64,000 bases of DNA. It comes from Cytophagales bacterium (GTDB lineage: Bacteria; Bacteroidota; Bacteroidia; Cytophagales; VRUD01). Location: assembly GCA_019456305.1 (NCBI GenBank), contig VRUD01000002.1, positions 20,118-84,117 of the forward strand, written 5' to 3'. Position 1 is the first letter of the stretch, and every line of letters begins with the position of its first letter. Shown here piece by piece: positions 50,624-62,720 of the stretch. The position numbers were made by a program, and so were the translations under genes. The notes beneath the pieces are model-generated. The model was given only the letters and a program-made list of their open reading frames with translations, made no database searches and was not told where the DNA came from.

Positions 50624-53410
50624 CTACACCAACCCATCTTCAACTCCTCCTTGTTTTTTCTCTTTACCTCTCAGATATTTCCTCAAAAACAACTGCACAG
50701 GCAGCAAAGTTGAAGCCAGTATCAAATTTAAAAAAGTCTTTATGATAGGAGCGCTGCCGACATATTCTTCATATAAAGGTTCGCACAAATTCTGAATAAA
50801 CTCAAAGATCATAAACAAACAAATATAAACCAGGATAGTAACGGTCCGGTCTTTTACTCCTCTGCGCCTGGCTAATAATGTTCCGCCAATTAAAAGCATA
50901 AAAAACAGCAGTTGGGCGCTGTAAAACCAGCCTGTTTCCCAGTATGGTGGTTTGACTATGAAGGAAAAGGTGGTGGGTTCTTTGTTCCAAACACCGTCAT
51001 TATTGCATGCTTTTACCTTTATCGTGTATTTACCTGGAGGAATATTGGAATAAGTGGCAATATGTTCCTTTCCGGGAGGGGACCAGGCATTGTCCATTCC
51101 TTCCAGCTTGTATTGGTATTTTACTTTTTCAGGGATGGTTAAACTGATACCAACAAAATTAAAAGTTAAATGATTTTTGTAGTAGGGAAGTTTCAGATTA
51201 AAAGGTAACCCAGTATTTGCATGAATACTATCAGAAAAGTTTAAATAGTTAAAATCTTTTAAAAAAAGCCTAATCCTGGTAATATGTGTTTTCGGTTGGT
51301 TGGTATTTATTTTGTCTTTTCGGGGATCAAATTTTGTAATTCCCTTAACAGTTCCAAACCATAAATTGCCTTTTGTATCACTAAAGATGGAATTGCATTC
51401 AATACCTGTAAATCCTTCTAATTTGCCATAATGCTTAATTTCAATTTCACCTGTAGTGTTAAACTTATTGATATTAAATCTGTCAATACCTTTATTTGTA
51501 CCGGCCCAAAGATACCCCACTTCATCTATTACCATCGAAATAACACTATTGGAACTTAAGCCATCGGCTTGCATAATGGTTTGAAAATATTTACCATCTT
51601 TTCTTTCATCATTATATTTGCTTACACCACCTCCTAAAACACCAAACCAGACGTTACCTTCATTATCTTCCTGTATCGTTGTAACAATTGTACCTTCTAA
51701 ACCTAAATTGTCTTTTTTAGTAAAACCTTTCATAGTTTTACCGTCATATTTATTTATTCCACCATATGAAGCCATCCAAACATTTCCTTTACTATCAACT
51801 AATATATCATTTATATATCTTTGAACTAACCCATCATTTAAAGTAAAATTAGTAAACATGGGAGGGGATCCCTCGCTGTCGCCCAGGACAAGCTTTGAAA
51901 CGCCACCATTTGTTCCAATCCACAAACACCCTTCACTGTCTTCGTCAATTGAAATAATTCTGTTAGTGATCATTCCGTCATCTCTTGTAAAAATGGTCAA
52001 TTCATTAAATTCTTTTTTAGGATCATACTTGCATAGCCCTGCCGGTGTGCCTATCCAGATATTGCCTTTCCTATCCTTAAGCAAAACAGTGACAACATTG
52101 ACCGGTAATCCTTCATTTGTAGTATAATTTGTAAAAGTTAGAGAGGAGCTAAGCTTACTCAACCCGCCTTCAGTAGCAAACCAGATATTTCCATCCTGAT
52201 CTTCTGTGAATGAACTTACTTTATGATTTATGATACCATCTTTTTCATAATAATGAGTAAACGCATCCCCACTGAATTTGCATAAACCACTTCCACTTGT
52301 CCCTATCCAGATGTTGCCTTCATTATCTTCGAGTAAGCTTCTTACAGAATTTCCGCTTAATCCATTTTCCTCCCTGTAATTTTTAAATCCTACACCCGAT
52401 TTTAAATCGGATGTACCAGCACGATCGTATTTGCTAACACCACCATTACAGCCAAACCAAAGATTTCCCACTTCATCTTCAATTATAGTAAGCACCATAT
52501 TACCTGCCAATCCATCTGCTACAGAATAATGTTCAAAATTTTTGCCATTATAATAACTCACCCCTGTATAATAGTCGCCCATCCAAATAGACCCTTTGTT
52601 ATCTTCAAGCAGAGCACAAATAAATCTGTGTTCAAGGCCTTGTTGTGTGGTAAAAGTTTCAATATTTTTGCCTGCCTCGCCCGCCTGCCATGTTTGGGCT
52701 TTGCCTTTGGAATGTACAGACGCCCAATTTGGGCGTCTCTTGTCGGGGAGCGTATCAGGGTAATTATACCTGAATAAACTTGATTTTACCCCAAACCATA
52801 TATTATTGTTTTTATCCTGCATCACTGCCCAGACCTGGCTTTCTTCCAAATTATTTTTTTTACTGAAATTTGTGAATTCCTTTCCATTGTAAGTACAGAT
52901 GCCTTTGGTGGTGGCTAACCATAACACGCCCTTGTGATCTTCTATTATTTTTAATATGATGTTACTATTTAAACCATCTTTTACGGTATAATTAATAAAG
53001 TACAGACGCCCAATTTGGGCGTCTCTGTTAACATCATCATTCTTTTCTTCACCAGAACTGCCACTGCTACTGCCTTTATATTTCCCCAATCCACCGCTGT
53101 CCATGCCAATCCAGATATTTCCTTTTGAATCTTCCATGATTGAATAAATACGATCATTACCCAATCCGTCTTTTGAAGTGAAAATAACGAAATTAGTACC
53201 ATCAAAGCGACATAAACCGCCTCCGTAAGTTCCAATCCATAAATAACCTTTACTGTCCTGCAATAATGCATAGACCTGAGATTGCGGTAATCCATTTTCT
53301 ATGGTATACCAGGAAAAGTTGTATTGTTGAGCAGTGCAGTGAGCAGTACGCAGTATACAATAAGCAATTAACAGAGCAAGATAAATTGCAGGAACGATAT
53401 TTCTTAGCAT
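50624..53410 (-). CDS. Reg_prop/Y_Y_Y sensor paralog D ending in the conserved 3-TM module
   Basis: 928 aa. Y_Y_Y 'NHLTFNFVGISLTIPEKVKYQYKLEGMDNAW'. C-terminal module as in A and B. At least four repeat-encoded inserts. Confidence 0.9.
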   Translation of the reverse strand: MLRNIVPAIYLALLIAYCILRTAHCTAQQYNFSWYTIENGLPQSQVYALLQDSKGYLWIGTYGGGLCRFDGTNFVIFTSKDGLGNDRIYSIMEDSKGNIWIGMDSGGLGKYKGSSSGSSGEEKNDDVNRDAQIGRLYFINYTVKDGLNSNIILKIIEDHKGVLWLATTKGICTYNGKEFTNFSKKNNLEESQVWAVMQDKNNNIWFGVKSSLFRYNYPDTLPDKRRPNWASVHSKGKAQTWQAGEAGKNIETFTTQQGLEHRFICALLEDNKGSIWMGDYYTGVSYYNGKNFEHYSVADGLAGNMVLTIIEDEVGNLWFGCNGGVSKYDRAGTSDLKSGVGFKNYREENGLSGNSVRSLLEDNEGNIWIGTSGSGLCKFSGDAFTHYYEKDGIINHKVSSFTEDQDGNIWFATEGGLSKLSSSLTFTNYTTNEGLPVNVVTVLLKDRKGNIWIGTPAGLCKYDPKKEFNELTIFTRDDGMITNRIISIDEDSEGCLWIGTNGGVSKLVLGDSEGSPPMFTNFTLNDGLVQRYINDILVDSKGNVWMASYGGINKYDGKTMKGFTKKDNLGLEGTIVTTIQEDNEGNVWFGVLGGGVSKYNDERKDGKYFQTIMQADGLSSNSVISMVIDEVGYLWAGTNKGIDRFNINKFNTTGEIEIKHYGKLEGFTGIECNSIFSDTKGNLWFGTVKGITKFDPRKDKINTNQPKTHITRIRLFLKDFNYLNFSDSIHANTGLPFNLKLPYYKNHLTFNFVGISLTIPEKVKYQYKLEGMDNAWSPPGKEHIATYSNIPPGKYTIKVKACNNDGVWNKEPTTFSFIVKPPYWETGWFYSAQLLFFMLLIGGTLLARRRGVKDRTVTILVYICLFMIFEFIQNLCEPLYEEYVGSAPIIKTFLNLILASTLLPVQLFLRKYLRGKEKKQGGVEDGLV

Positions 53411-53546
53411 ATTTGGTAATGACCCCAGTGAAATGTTCTGCTGCGCAGAATTTCACGTGGTAAACTAATGATTTTTTCCACGACTGAAAGGTAAGAATTA
53501 TTCAAAATTAAATTATAAAGTAAAAAGAAATAAATAAATTTGTGCT

Positions 53547-55013
53547 ATGAAACAAGAAATAATAGAACTCCACGAAGATGTATCGGGTTCTCCCCTCTAT
53601 AGCGAAGATTTTGCCCCGGTGCCTCAGGACAAACGTACATGGGATACCTGGAACATTGCCGCAATATGGGTAGGCATGGCCGTATGCATCCCTACCTACA
53701 TGCTTGCCAGCAGCCTGATAAACCAGGGAATGAACTGGTGGCAGGCGCTGTTAACAATTCTGTTAGGTAACGTTATTGTTCTGATCCCAATGATATTAAA
53801 TGCGCATGTAGGTACCAAATATGGTGTTCCTTTACCGGTATTCCTTCGCCTGAGTTTTGGAATAAAAGGGGCTGAGCTGGCTGCGCTTTTAAGAGGCCTG
53901 GTAGCATGCGGATGGTTTGGCATTCAAACCTGGATCGGTGGCGCTGCCATATACCAGCTTCTCCTGGTGGTATTGCCTGATCTGGCACACAGTCCTTCGT
54001 TGGGCGATTTTATAGGTCTTAACCTGGGCCAGTTTGCCTGTTTTATCCTGTTCTGGCTTATTAATATGTATATTGTTTACAAAGGCATCGAATCCATAAA
54101 ATTGCTGGAAACCTGGGCCGCACCTTTCTTATTGATCATCGGGCTCTGCTTATTAGCCTGGGCATGGATCAAAGTAGGCTCGCTCGGACAAATATTAGAC
54201 GCTTCTTATGAGCTATCCAAAGAATCAGGGGTTAGCTTTTGGGCGATTTTCTGGCCGGGATTAACAGCCATGGTTGGGTTCTGGGCTACCCTGTCACTCA
54301 ATATTCCTGACTTTACCCGTTATGCCAAATCTCAAAGAGACCAGGTGCTTGGGCAGATTATCGGGCTGCCTGCTACTATGGTCCTTTACTCTTTTATAGG
54401 CATTGCCGTTACAAGCGCCACGTTCATCATTTATTCTGAACCGATCTGGGATCCGGTGGTGCTCATGGGAAAATTTGATACCGCCTCTGTGGTGATCCTG
54501 TCAATGATCGGGCTTACTGTGGCAACTTTATCAACAAATATCGCTGCCAACATAGTCGCCCCGGCAAACAGTTTCGCTAATCTTATGCCCAATAAGATCA
54601 GTTTTAAAATGGGAGGATATATTACCGGCTTCATCGGTATCATTATTTTTCCCTGGAAGCTGATGGCTGACCCTGAAGGATATATTTTCAAATGGCTGAT
54701 CGCCTATTCTGCCCTTTTGGGAGCCTTGGCCGGCATTATGATATGCGATTATTATATACTTCGCAAAAGGGTGATTGACCTTGCTGAGCTTTTTAAACAG
54801 GAAGGTAAATACAAAGGATGGAATAAAGCCGCCTGGATATCATTTGTTATCTCCATCATTCCAACCGTACCGGGATTTTTGATCAAAGTAGAGCTTGTAT
54901 CAAAAGAGAGCATTCCTTATTTTTTAGCTGAATTATATTCTTATGCGTGGTTTGTTACTTTTGGTATTTCTTTTGTTTTGTATTATTTTTTATCTAGAAG
55001 GAAAGTAGCTTAG
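53547..55013 (+). CDS. NCS1-family nucleobase/allantoin/hydantoin:cation symporter
   Basis: 488 aa, 12 TM. 'DFAPVPQDKRTWDTWNIAAIWVGMAVCIPTY', 'NIPDFTRYAKSQRDQ'. Confidence 0.9.
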   Translation: MKQEIIELHEDVSGSPLYSEDFAPVPQDKRTWDTWNIAAIWVGMAVCIPTYMLASSLINQGMNWWQALLTILLGNVIVLIPMILNAHVGTKYGVPLPVFLRLSFGIKGAELAALLRGLVACGWFGIQTWIGGAAIYQLLLVVLPDLAHSPSLGDFIGLNLGQFACFILFWLINMYIVYKGIESIKLLETWAAPFLLIIGLCLLAWAWIKVGSLGQILDASYELSKESGVSFWAIFWPGLTAMVGFWATLSLNIPDFTRYAKSQRDQVLGQIIGLPATMVLYSFIGIAVTSATFIIYSEPIWDPVVLMGKFDTASVVILSMIGLTVATLSTNIAANIVAPANSFANLMPNKISFKMGGYITGFIGIIIFPWKLMADPEGYIFKWLIAYSALLGALAGIMICDYYILRKRVIDLAELFKQEGKYKGWNKAAWISFVISIIPTVPGFLIKVELVSKESIPYFLAELYSYAWFVTFGISFVLYYFLSRRKVA

Positions 55014-55019
55014 TAGCAA

Positions 55020-55361
55020 TCAGATTGATAGGTATTTTTTTATAGCTTCTTTTACGGATAATAATATATGATTTTCACAATTTCCAATCAACTTTATGAA
55101 TCTCCTTTTATCAAATGAGCTGATTTGTCTGGTTTTTATAAGGGAATCCTTCATCAACCGATTTGTTTCAGATTTTGAGAGGTAAACATCAAGTTCGATT
55201 TTCTTTTCCGTTTTAGAGGAGATGGGAATTATAGTTATCAGATTCCCTGATTCAATAAATTCATCACTCTCTATGATCAATCCGGGCCGCACTTTTTTAT
55301 ATTCGTGTCCAATACTTGGGTCAAAATTAATTAACCAAATTTGGCCTTCACTAAATTCCAT
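55020..55361 (-). CDS. MazF/PemK-family toxin (second copy)
   Basis: 113 aa. 'EGQIWLINFDPSIGHEYKKVRPGLIIESD', 'IIPISSK'. Confidence 0.8.
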   Translation of the reverse strand: MEFSEGQIWLINFDPSIGHEYKKVRPGLIIESDEFIESGNLITIIPISSKTEKKIELDVYLSKSETNRLMKDSLIKTRQISSFDKRRFIKLIGNCENHILLSVKEAIKKYLSI

Positions 55362-55363
55362 TA

Positions 55364-55579
55364 TTAATCCTTTAATTGTAGATAATATTTTATTTCCTCC
55401 TCTGTGAGAAAATCATCTGGATTATCTATAGTTGACGCCATTTCGATTTCAGAATCACTGGCATTATCTTGCGGAATTGATACTATAACTTTGAATTTAG
55501 CATCTTTAACAGCAAATTTCTTAGGACAATATAAATGACCATCCTCTAAAAGTTTCGAATTGAAAACCGATTTACCCAT
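55364..55579 (-). CDS. Putative cognate antitoxin (acidic C-terminus)
   Basis: 71-aa ORF ending 2 nt before the toxin start. Acidic tail 'DSEIEMASTIDNPDDFLTEEE'. Confidence 0.55.
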   Translation of the reverse strand: MGKSVFNSKLLEDGHLYCPKKFAVKDAKFKVIVSIPQDNASDSEIEMASTIDNPDDFLTEEEIKYYLQLKD

Positions 55580-55715
55580 AATTAAGTTTCCTTTTATTTT
55601 TGTTGGATTTCTCCCTAAAGATACTCATTTTTTTCGGATATTTCTATTTTTTTGTAAATTTAATTAAAACTTAAGTTTCTTTATTGCTTAAATTGTTTGC
55701 TTTTTTAATAAAACT

Positions 55716-56690
55716 ATGGAATCCCTATACCCGATAATACTTATATTTCTCTTCTTAACTTGCCTATGTATTATTTACATTTATATTGCCATAAAAATAA
55801 CTTATAAATTATTTTTCTTAATATTAGTTATTATTCTCTCCATAATGATTTTTCTTATCACTTACTTACCGTACAGCTTAAATGATACTCAGGGTGGTTT
55901 TTATAAAGAAGATGCGATTAGTGTGGCTATTACTATTATTTCATTCTTAGGAGTGGCTTTATACTTTTACCTGAAATATAATTCATACGAATTGAAAAAT
56001 GTACGTAAATACAGCAAACCTTTTGATATAAAACAACTGGCAGTCCTAAAGAAATATTTTCAATATTACAACTATTTATCCCCCACTGATCAAAAAAAAT
56101 TCGAGAACAGAGTCCATAAGTTCGTCATAAATAAACGTTTTTTAGCCAGACGCAGGCCTGAAGTAACAGATAAAATGAAGGTTATGATCGCAGCTTCAGC
56201 GGTACAGCTTACTTTTGGCTTGCCAGAAATCCATTTCAGCCATTTTAGAACCATTATTGTATATCCTGAAAAGTATTACTCTTATGAAGGCAGGTCTGTA
56301 AATATAGGAGAAGTTCACCATAAGGGAGTCATTGTTTTATCATGGAAAGATTTTATTAAAGGCTATGCAATTCCTGATGATTCTTTAAATGTTGGTTTAC
56401 ATGAGATGGCGCATGCGCTCTTGTTAGAAAATAAAATTCCAAATATTCAGTATAGATTTCTTGACAGGTTAAGCTTATCAAAATTATCAGGGGTGAGTAA
56501 AAGGGAAATTGAGCGGATAAGAAAAGGTAAGCAGACTTTTTTACGAAAATATGCTGGCATAAACAGCATGGAGTTCTTTGCAGTGAGCGTAGAGTATTTT
56601 TTTGAACAGCCTACTAAGTTACAAAAAGAGATTCCTGATCTCTATGATGCGCTTAGTAAATTACTAAATCAAAACCCGTTAGCTCATTAG
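55716..56690 (+). CDS. Membrane-anchored zinc peptidase, M90/MtfA family
   Basis: 324 aa. 3 N-terminal TM. 'GEVHHKGVIVLSWKDFIKGY..NVGLHEMAHAL', 'EFFAVSVEYFFEQP'. Confidence 0.75.
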   Translation: MESLYPIILIFLFLTCLCIIYIYIAIKITYKLFFLILVIILSIMIFLITYLPYSLNDTQGGFYKEDAISVAITIISFLGVALYFYLKYNSYELKNVRKYSKPFDIKQLAVLKKYFQYYNYLSPTDQKKFENRVHKFVINKRFLARRRPEVTDKMKVMIAASAVQLTFGLPEIHFSHFRTIIVYPEKYYSYEGRSVNIGEVHHKGVIVLSWKDFIKGYAIPDDSLNVGLHEMAHALLLENKIPNIQYRFLDRLSLSKLSGVSKREIERIRKGKQTFLRKYAGINSMEFFAVSVEYFFEQPTKLQKEIPDLYDALSKLLNQNPLAH

Positions 56691-56837
56691 CTGATTGACT
56701 AATTGATTTTGCAAAGGTCTCTGAAAAGTAGTCCAGCGAATATAATTAGGATTAATGTTTTCATTGTGTTCAAAACTAAAATAAATTGGAAATATTTTAG
56801 GCCGTGCAACAACTACTGTTGTTATGGTGCGTTTATT

Positions 56838-57731
56838 TTATTCTTCAAATCTTTTCAAGTCAGTTTTGTTAAAAGTCCATTCAGGAGTCTTTAATTCCTC
56901 TCCAAAGTTTATTGAGTACCAGGGACTGATTTTATCATTATCCGGGTTTTTTAAAATTTGTATTTCCTGTGCCGGCATATAGCTTTGAGCTAAAAGAAAG
57001 ATTTTTTCATTTGTCTTAGGCTTTCCTGCTAAGTCAACCACGATTATCGCATGGCCAGGTGAACCTCCTTGTATAAAAACATCTCCAATTTTTAAGTCAT
57101 CAATACGCACAGGTTTTAGTTCTTTTGAAAGAGAAAGGGAGCCTGCATAGCTAAAAATCATCTCCATATATTTCCAAAAGTCCTGGTATGTATTTGATGG
57201 GTCACCACCTTGAGTCCAATAAGTCTCATTTCCTTTTACCACAATGCGTTTCCCTTTCATCCATTCAGAATAGTCAACCCGAAAGCCATTTGTGAAATTG
57301 AAATGAATTTTTTCATACTGTTTTTGGCTGTACAAATATTCTGCTCTCAGTCTCATTATAGCATCTGCACATTGATGGAGGTCTTTTTTTCCAATTTCCA
57401 AGTCCACTACAGCATCATAAACATCATAATTAGTTTTGGCGCTTCCATCATATAGTGTTACCTCGGAACCGTGAGGTTTTAATGGTAATTGTCTCAAATA
57501 TTCTGTGAAAGAGTTTTCGTATTTGTCCGTCCGATCAAATCCAGATGGAGCGAGTATGCGAGTGATTAAGGTTTGCCCAGTTGGATTTATTATTGCTCCC
57601 TCTTTCTTTTTTAGTTCAAGATTACTTTTCGTCAACATGTCTTGATTCATTGATTGTTGTCGAGAAGGTTCTTGTCCGCAAGCCTGAAGAAAAGTAATGA
57701 GAATTAGTCCTATGTGTAATGTTGTATTCAT
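56838..57731 (-). CDS. Hypothetical lipoprotein (possibly DUF4846-like)
   Basis: 297 aa. Lipobox 'LQAC'. 'LHQCADAIMRLRAEYLY','GDVFIQGGSPGHAIIVVD'. The family assignment is from memory only. Confidence 0.5.
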   Translation of the reverse strand: MNTTLHIGLILITFLQACGQEPSRQQSMNQDMLTKSNLELKKKEGAIINPTGQTLITRILAPSGFDRTDKYENSFTEYLRQLPLKPHGSEVTLYDGSAKTNYDVYDAVVDLEIGKKDLHQCADAIMRLRAEYLYSQKQYEKIHFNFTNGFRVDYSEWMKGKRIVVKGNETYWTQGGDPSNTYQDFWKYMEMIFSYAGSLSLSKELKPVRIDDLKIGDVFIQGGSPGHAIIVVDLAGKPKTNEKIFLLAQSYMPAQEIQILKNPDNDKISPWYSINFGEELKTPEWTFNKTDLKRFEE

Positions 57732-57779
57732 TTTAAATGCGCCATAACCGCATTAAATAAAGCAACAACGTAAAATTAA

Positions 57780-59954
<2,175 letters not shown>

Positions 59955-60226
59955 TGGTAGTACTTAGTTGCAAAAGTAATAGTTATTATGACAATATTGT
60001 TTAATTCAACAAAGCATAATAACCCTTATTTATGCAACTAAGTAGTAGTTACTGCCCTCGTCAGGCCACTAAGCGTAGGGATTTGGGCTGGAAAGTGGTC
60101 AGACGAATAGGCTGGAAATTCTTTCTAAGTAGCTTTATTTAACAACAAAAATACTGATAAAATATTTGTATTATACAGGAAAAAGTATTATCTTTATAAT
60201 AAAATTGGTTTTATTATAAAGTGTTG

Positions 60227-60234
60227 TATATTTG
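60227..60234 (+). promoter_or_regulatory. -7 box TATATTTG
   Basis: 73 nt upstream of ATG 60307. Confidence 0.4.
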
Positions 60235-60306
60235 CAGGTTCAAAGTTAAATGTAAACCAGGGATTTTGTTTTTTTTATTGCATAATCCCCTAAAAAAATA
60301 ATTATT

Positions 60307-62610
60307 ATGGAAAAGTTAAAAACCATAATCGCAGCAATATCAGCAATAGGAATATTTTTCTTTTTTGCTGCTATGCAAGTTTCAAAAGCACAAATCACCT
60401 GGGATTCAACAGACATTGCATTGCCGGGAACCATGATCTTCCAGGCAACTGACACTGTTCCAAGCATTGTTCCCGGAGGTGCAGGGCCTTCTCAGATCTG
60501 GAATTTCTCTGCCATTAACAACCAGATCTCTGACACGCTTTTCTTTAGTGACCCGGCTTTGGTTGCCAATGGAGACGCATTTCCGAATTCAAATTTAGTA
60601 TTCGTGCAACCAAATAACGACCCTTTTTTCCTTAAGATAACTTCAGCAAAGCTTACTGCTTTGGGGTTAGCAGGAGATCTTTTTGGTACGGGAGATACTA
60701 TTATTATTTCTTTTGATCCTGAGATGGTAATATTTGAATTTCCTGAAAATTATCAGGATACGCTTATGGATACATCTAAATTTATTCTTGAAATGCCAAA
60801 TGTGGGAGGCCTGCCACCTAATTTTGATAGCATAAGAATTATAAATACCTCTTATACAAATTCTAATATAGATGCATGGGGCACTGTGTACACTCCTTTA
60901 GATACCTTTGATTGTTTGAGGCAATATTCTGAGGAGATCAGCATTGATAGCGCTTTTGGCCATGATACCTTGAGTGGAAACTGGGTTTTCTTTTCCCCCC
61001 CACAAATTGATACTACTGTAACTTATAGCTGGCTCGCAAAAGATGTTGGTTTTCCAGTAGTGGATATTGAACTTGACAGTGCAGGCAATGTTATGGAAGC
61101 AAAATACTTGTATGCACTACCTGCTTCAATTCCAATTTCTGCCACCATTACTTCTTCCACCAATCCGGTCTGCAATGGCGACTGTAACGGACAGGCTACA
61201 GTAACTGCAATAGGTGGTGCACCGCCTTATACATATTCATGGGATGACACCACTACTCAAACTACTAAAACAGCTACCGGGCTTTGTGCCGGAACTTATA
61301 TTGTGATGGTTACAGATACATTGCTTGCAACTTCAAGCGACACGATTGTTATAAGTGATCCTCCGGCAGTTGTGGCTAATATCACAGCAGGCGGGCCTGC
61401 TACTTTCTGTGCAGGTGACAGTGTGGAATTAGCATCAGATACTGCAGGTATTACCAGCTATGACTGGTTGTTAAATAGTGTATCCACTGCTGATACAGGC
61501 TGGACCTATAATGCACTTATGGGTGGAGATTATCAGGTGGTGGTTTGGAATGCCTTTGGTTGTTATGATACATCAGCAGCAACCACCGTAACGGTCAACC
61601 CGTTACCTGTTATTACAGTAACGCCTAATCCTGGTGTCGTATGCGGCACTGGAGATTCGGTAATGATAATAGCAAGCGGTGCTGCATCCTACGCATGGTC
61701 ACCGCCAACAGACTTAAGCGCTACTACCGGTGATACTGCATATGCTAACCCGACAACAAATACAACTTATACAGTAATAGGTACTGACGCTAACAGTTGC
61801 GTTGACTCTACAACAGTTTTAGTTCAATTAAGCACCGCAGGAGCTGTTGCATCGTTTACATCAGATGTAATAAGCGGATGTGGCAGCGTTACTGTTACAT
61901 TTGATGGAAGTCTATCTACAGATGCCATCGGGTATAGCTGGTCATTCCCGGGTGGAACGCCCAACACTTCAAACCTTCAGAATCCGGTTGTTACTTATGA
62001 TACTGTAGGTGTTTGGAATGTAACTTTAACGGCATTTGGATGCAGTGGTTTAGATAGTACCATCATCATGTCAGGTTATATAACTGTTGATTCGTTACCA
62101 ACTGTTACTTTTACTGCGTTAGCAAATGTGTGTGATACAATCACTGCGCTTGCATTAACAGGTGGAAGTCCTGCAGGAGGTACTTATTCCGGGCCAAATG
62201 TAAATGGTGGCAATTTTAATGCTCAAGCAGCAGGTTTTGGTACTTATACTATTACCTATACCTATACGGATGGTATAACTGGTTGTACAGATTCTGCTAC
62301 CCAGCCCATTGCCGTAGATTCGTGCCCTCTGGTTGGAGTAATGGAACTATTTGATGCAGCTAACAGCATCAGGCTGTATCCTAACCCAACTGCCGGTGTA
62401 ATAAATATTGATGTAGAGGCTGATATGAAAGTAGCATCAATCAAGGTTTACAATATTATTGGGAGCTTGGTTGTTGAGGTTACTAATAACAGTGGTTTGA
62501 ATAATGATCATTATTCCATTGATCTTTCAACTCAGCCAAAAGGCACTTACCTGGTAAAGATTCAAACCGCAGAGGAGGTAATAGTTAGAAAATTAAATCT
62601 TAATTTTTGA
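60307..62610 (+). CDS. T9SS-secreted multidomain surface protein (SprB-type repeat, Ig-like repeats, PKD, CTD)
   Basis: 767 aa. Signal peptide. 'CNGDCNGQATVTAIGGAPPYTYSWDD..GLCAGTYIVMVTD'. PKD 'YSWSFPGGTPNTSNLQNPVVTYDTVGVWNVTL'. CTD 'RLYPNPTAGVINIDVE...GTYLVKIQT'. Confidence 0.85.
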   Translation: MEKLKTIIAAISAIGIFFFFAAMQVSKAQITWDSTDIALPGTMIFQATDTVPSIVPGGAGPSQIWNFSAINNQISDTLFFSDPALVANGDAFPNSNLVFVQPNNDPFFLKITSAKLTALGLAGDLFGTGDTIIISFDPEMVIFEFPENYQDTLMDTSKFILEMPNVGGLPPNFDSIRIINTSYTNSNIDAWGTVYTPLDTFDCLRQYSEEISIDSAFGHDTLSGNWVFFSPPQIDTTVTYSWLAKDVGFPVVDIELDSAGNVMEAKYLYALPASIPISATITSSTNPVCNGDCNGQATVTAIGGAPPYTYSWDDTTTQTTKTATGLCAGTYIVMVTDTLLATSSDTIVISDPPAVVANITAGGPATFCAGDSVELASDTAGITSYDWLLNSVSTADTGWTYNALMGGDYQVVVWNAFGCYDTSAATTVTVNPLPVITVTPNPGVVCGTGDSVMIIASGAASYAWSPPTDLSATTGDTAYANPTTNTTYTVIGTDANSCVDSTTVLVQLSTAGAVASFTSDVISGCGSVTVTFDGSLSTDAIGYSWSFPGGTPNTSNLQNPVVTYDTVGVWNVTLTAFGCSGLDSTIIMSGYITVDSLPTVTFTALANVCDTITALALTGGSPAGGTYSGPNVNGGNFNAQAAGFGTYTITYTYTDGITGCTDSATQPIAVDSCPLVGVMELFDAANSIRLYPNPTAGVINIDVEADMKVASIKVYNIIGSLVVEVTNNSGLNNDHYSIDLSTQPKGTYLVKIQTAEEVIVRKLNLNF

Positions 62611-62632
62611 TCTCCGAAAGTATCATAAAAAT

Positions 62633-62664
62633 AGGGGCTGAATTGTATTTGGCCCCTTTTTTTT
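62633..62664 (+). terminator. Intrinsic terminator after the T9SS cargo gene
   Basis: Stem aggggc (62633..62638) / gcccct (62652..62657), 13-nt loop, then T8. Lies between convergent genes. Confidence 0.6.
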
Positions 62665-62720
62665 GTTAATAGATATTAAAAAAGAAAATTAACTATAGTA
62701 ATGCCAAAAAGTTTTAAAGA

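Noticed and set aside
60053-60118. 65-nt GC-rich island 'gccctcgtcaggccactaagcgtagggatttgggctggaaagtggtcagacgaataggctgg' upstream of the T9SS cargo gene
   Set aside because: Only weak, bulged pairing potential and an internal GGCTGG direct repeat are present. No recognisable ncRNA or riboswitch family fits. It is probably another degenerate repeat.
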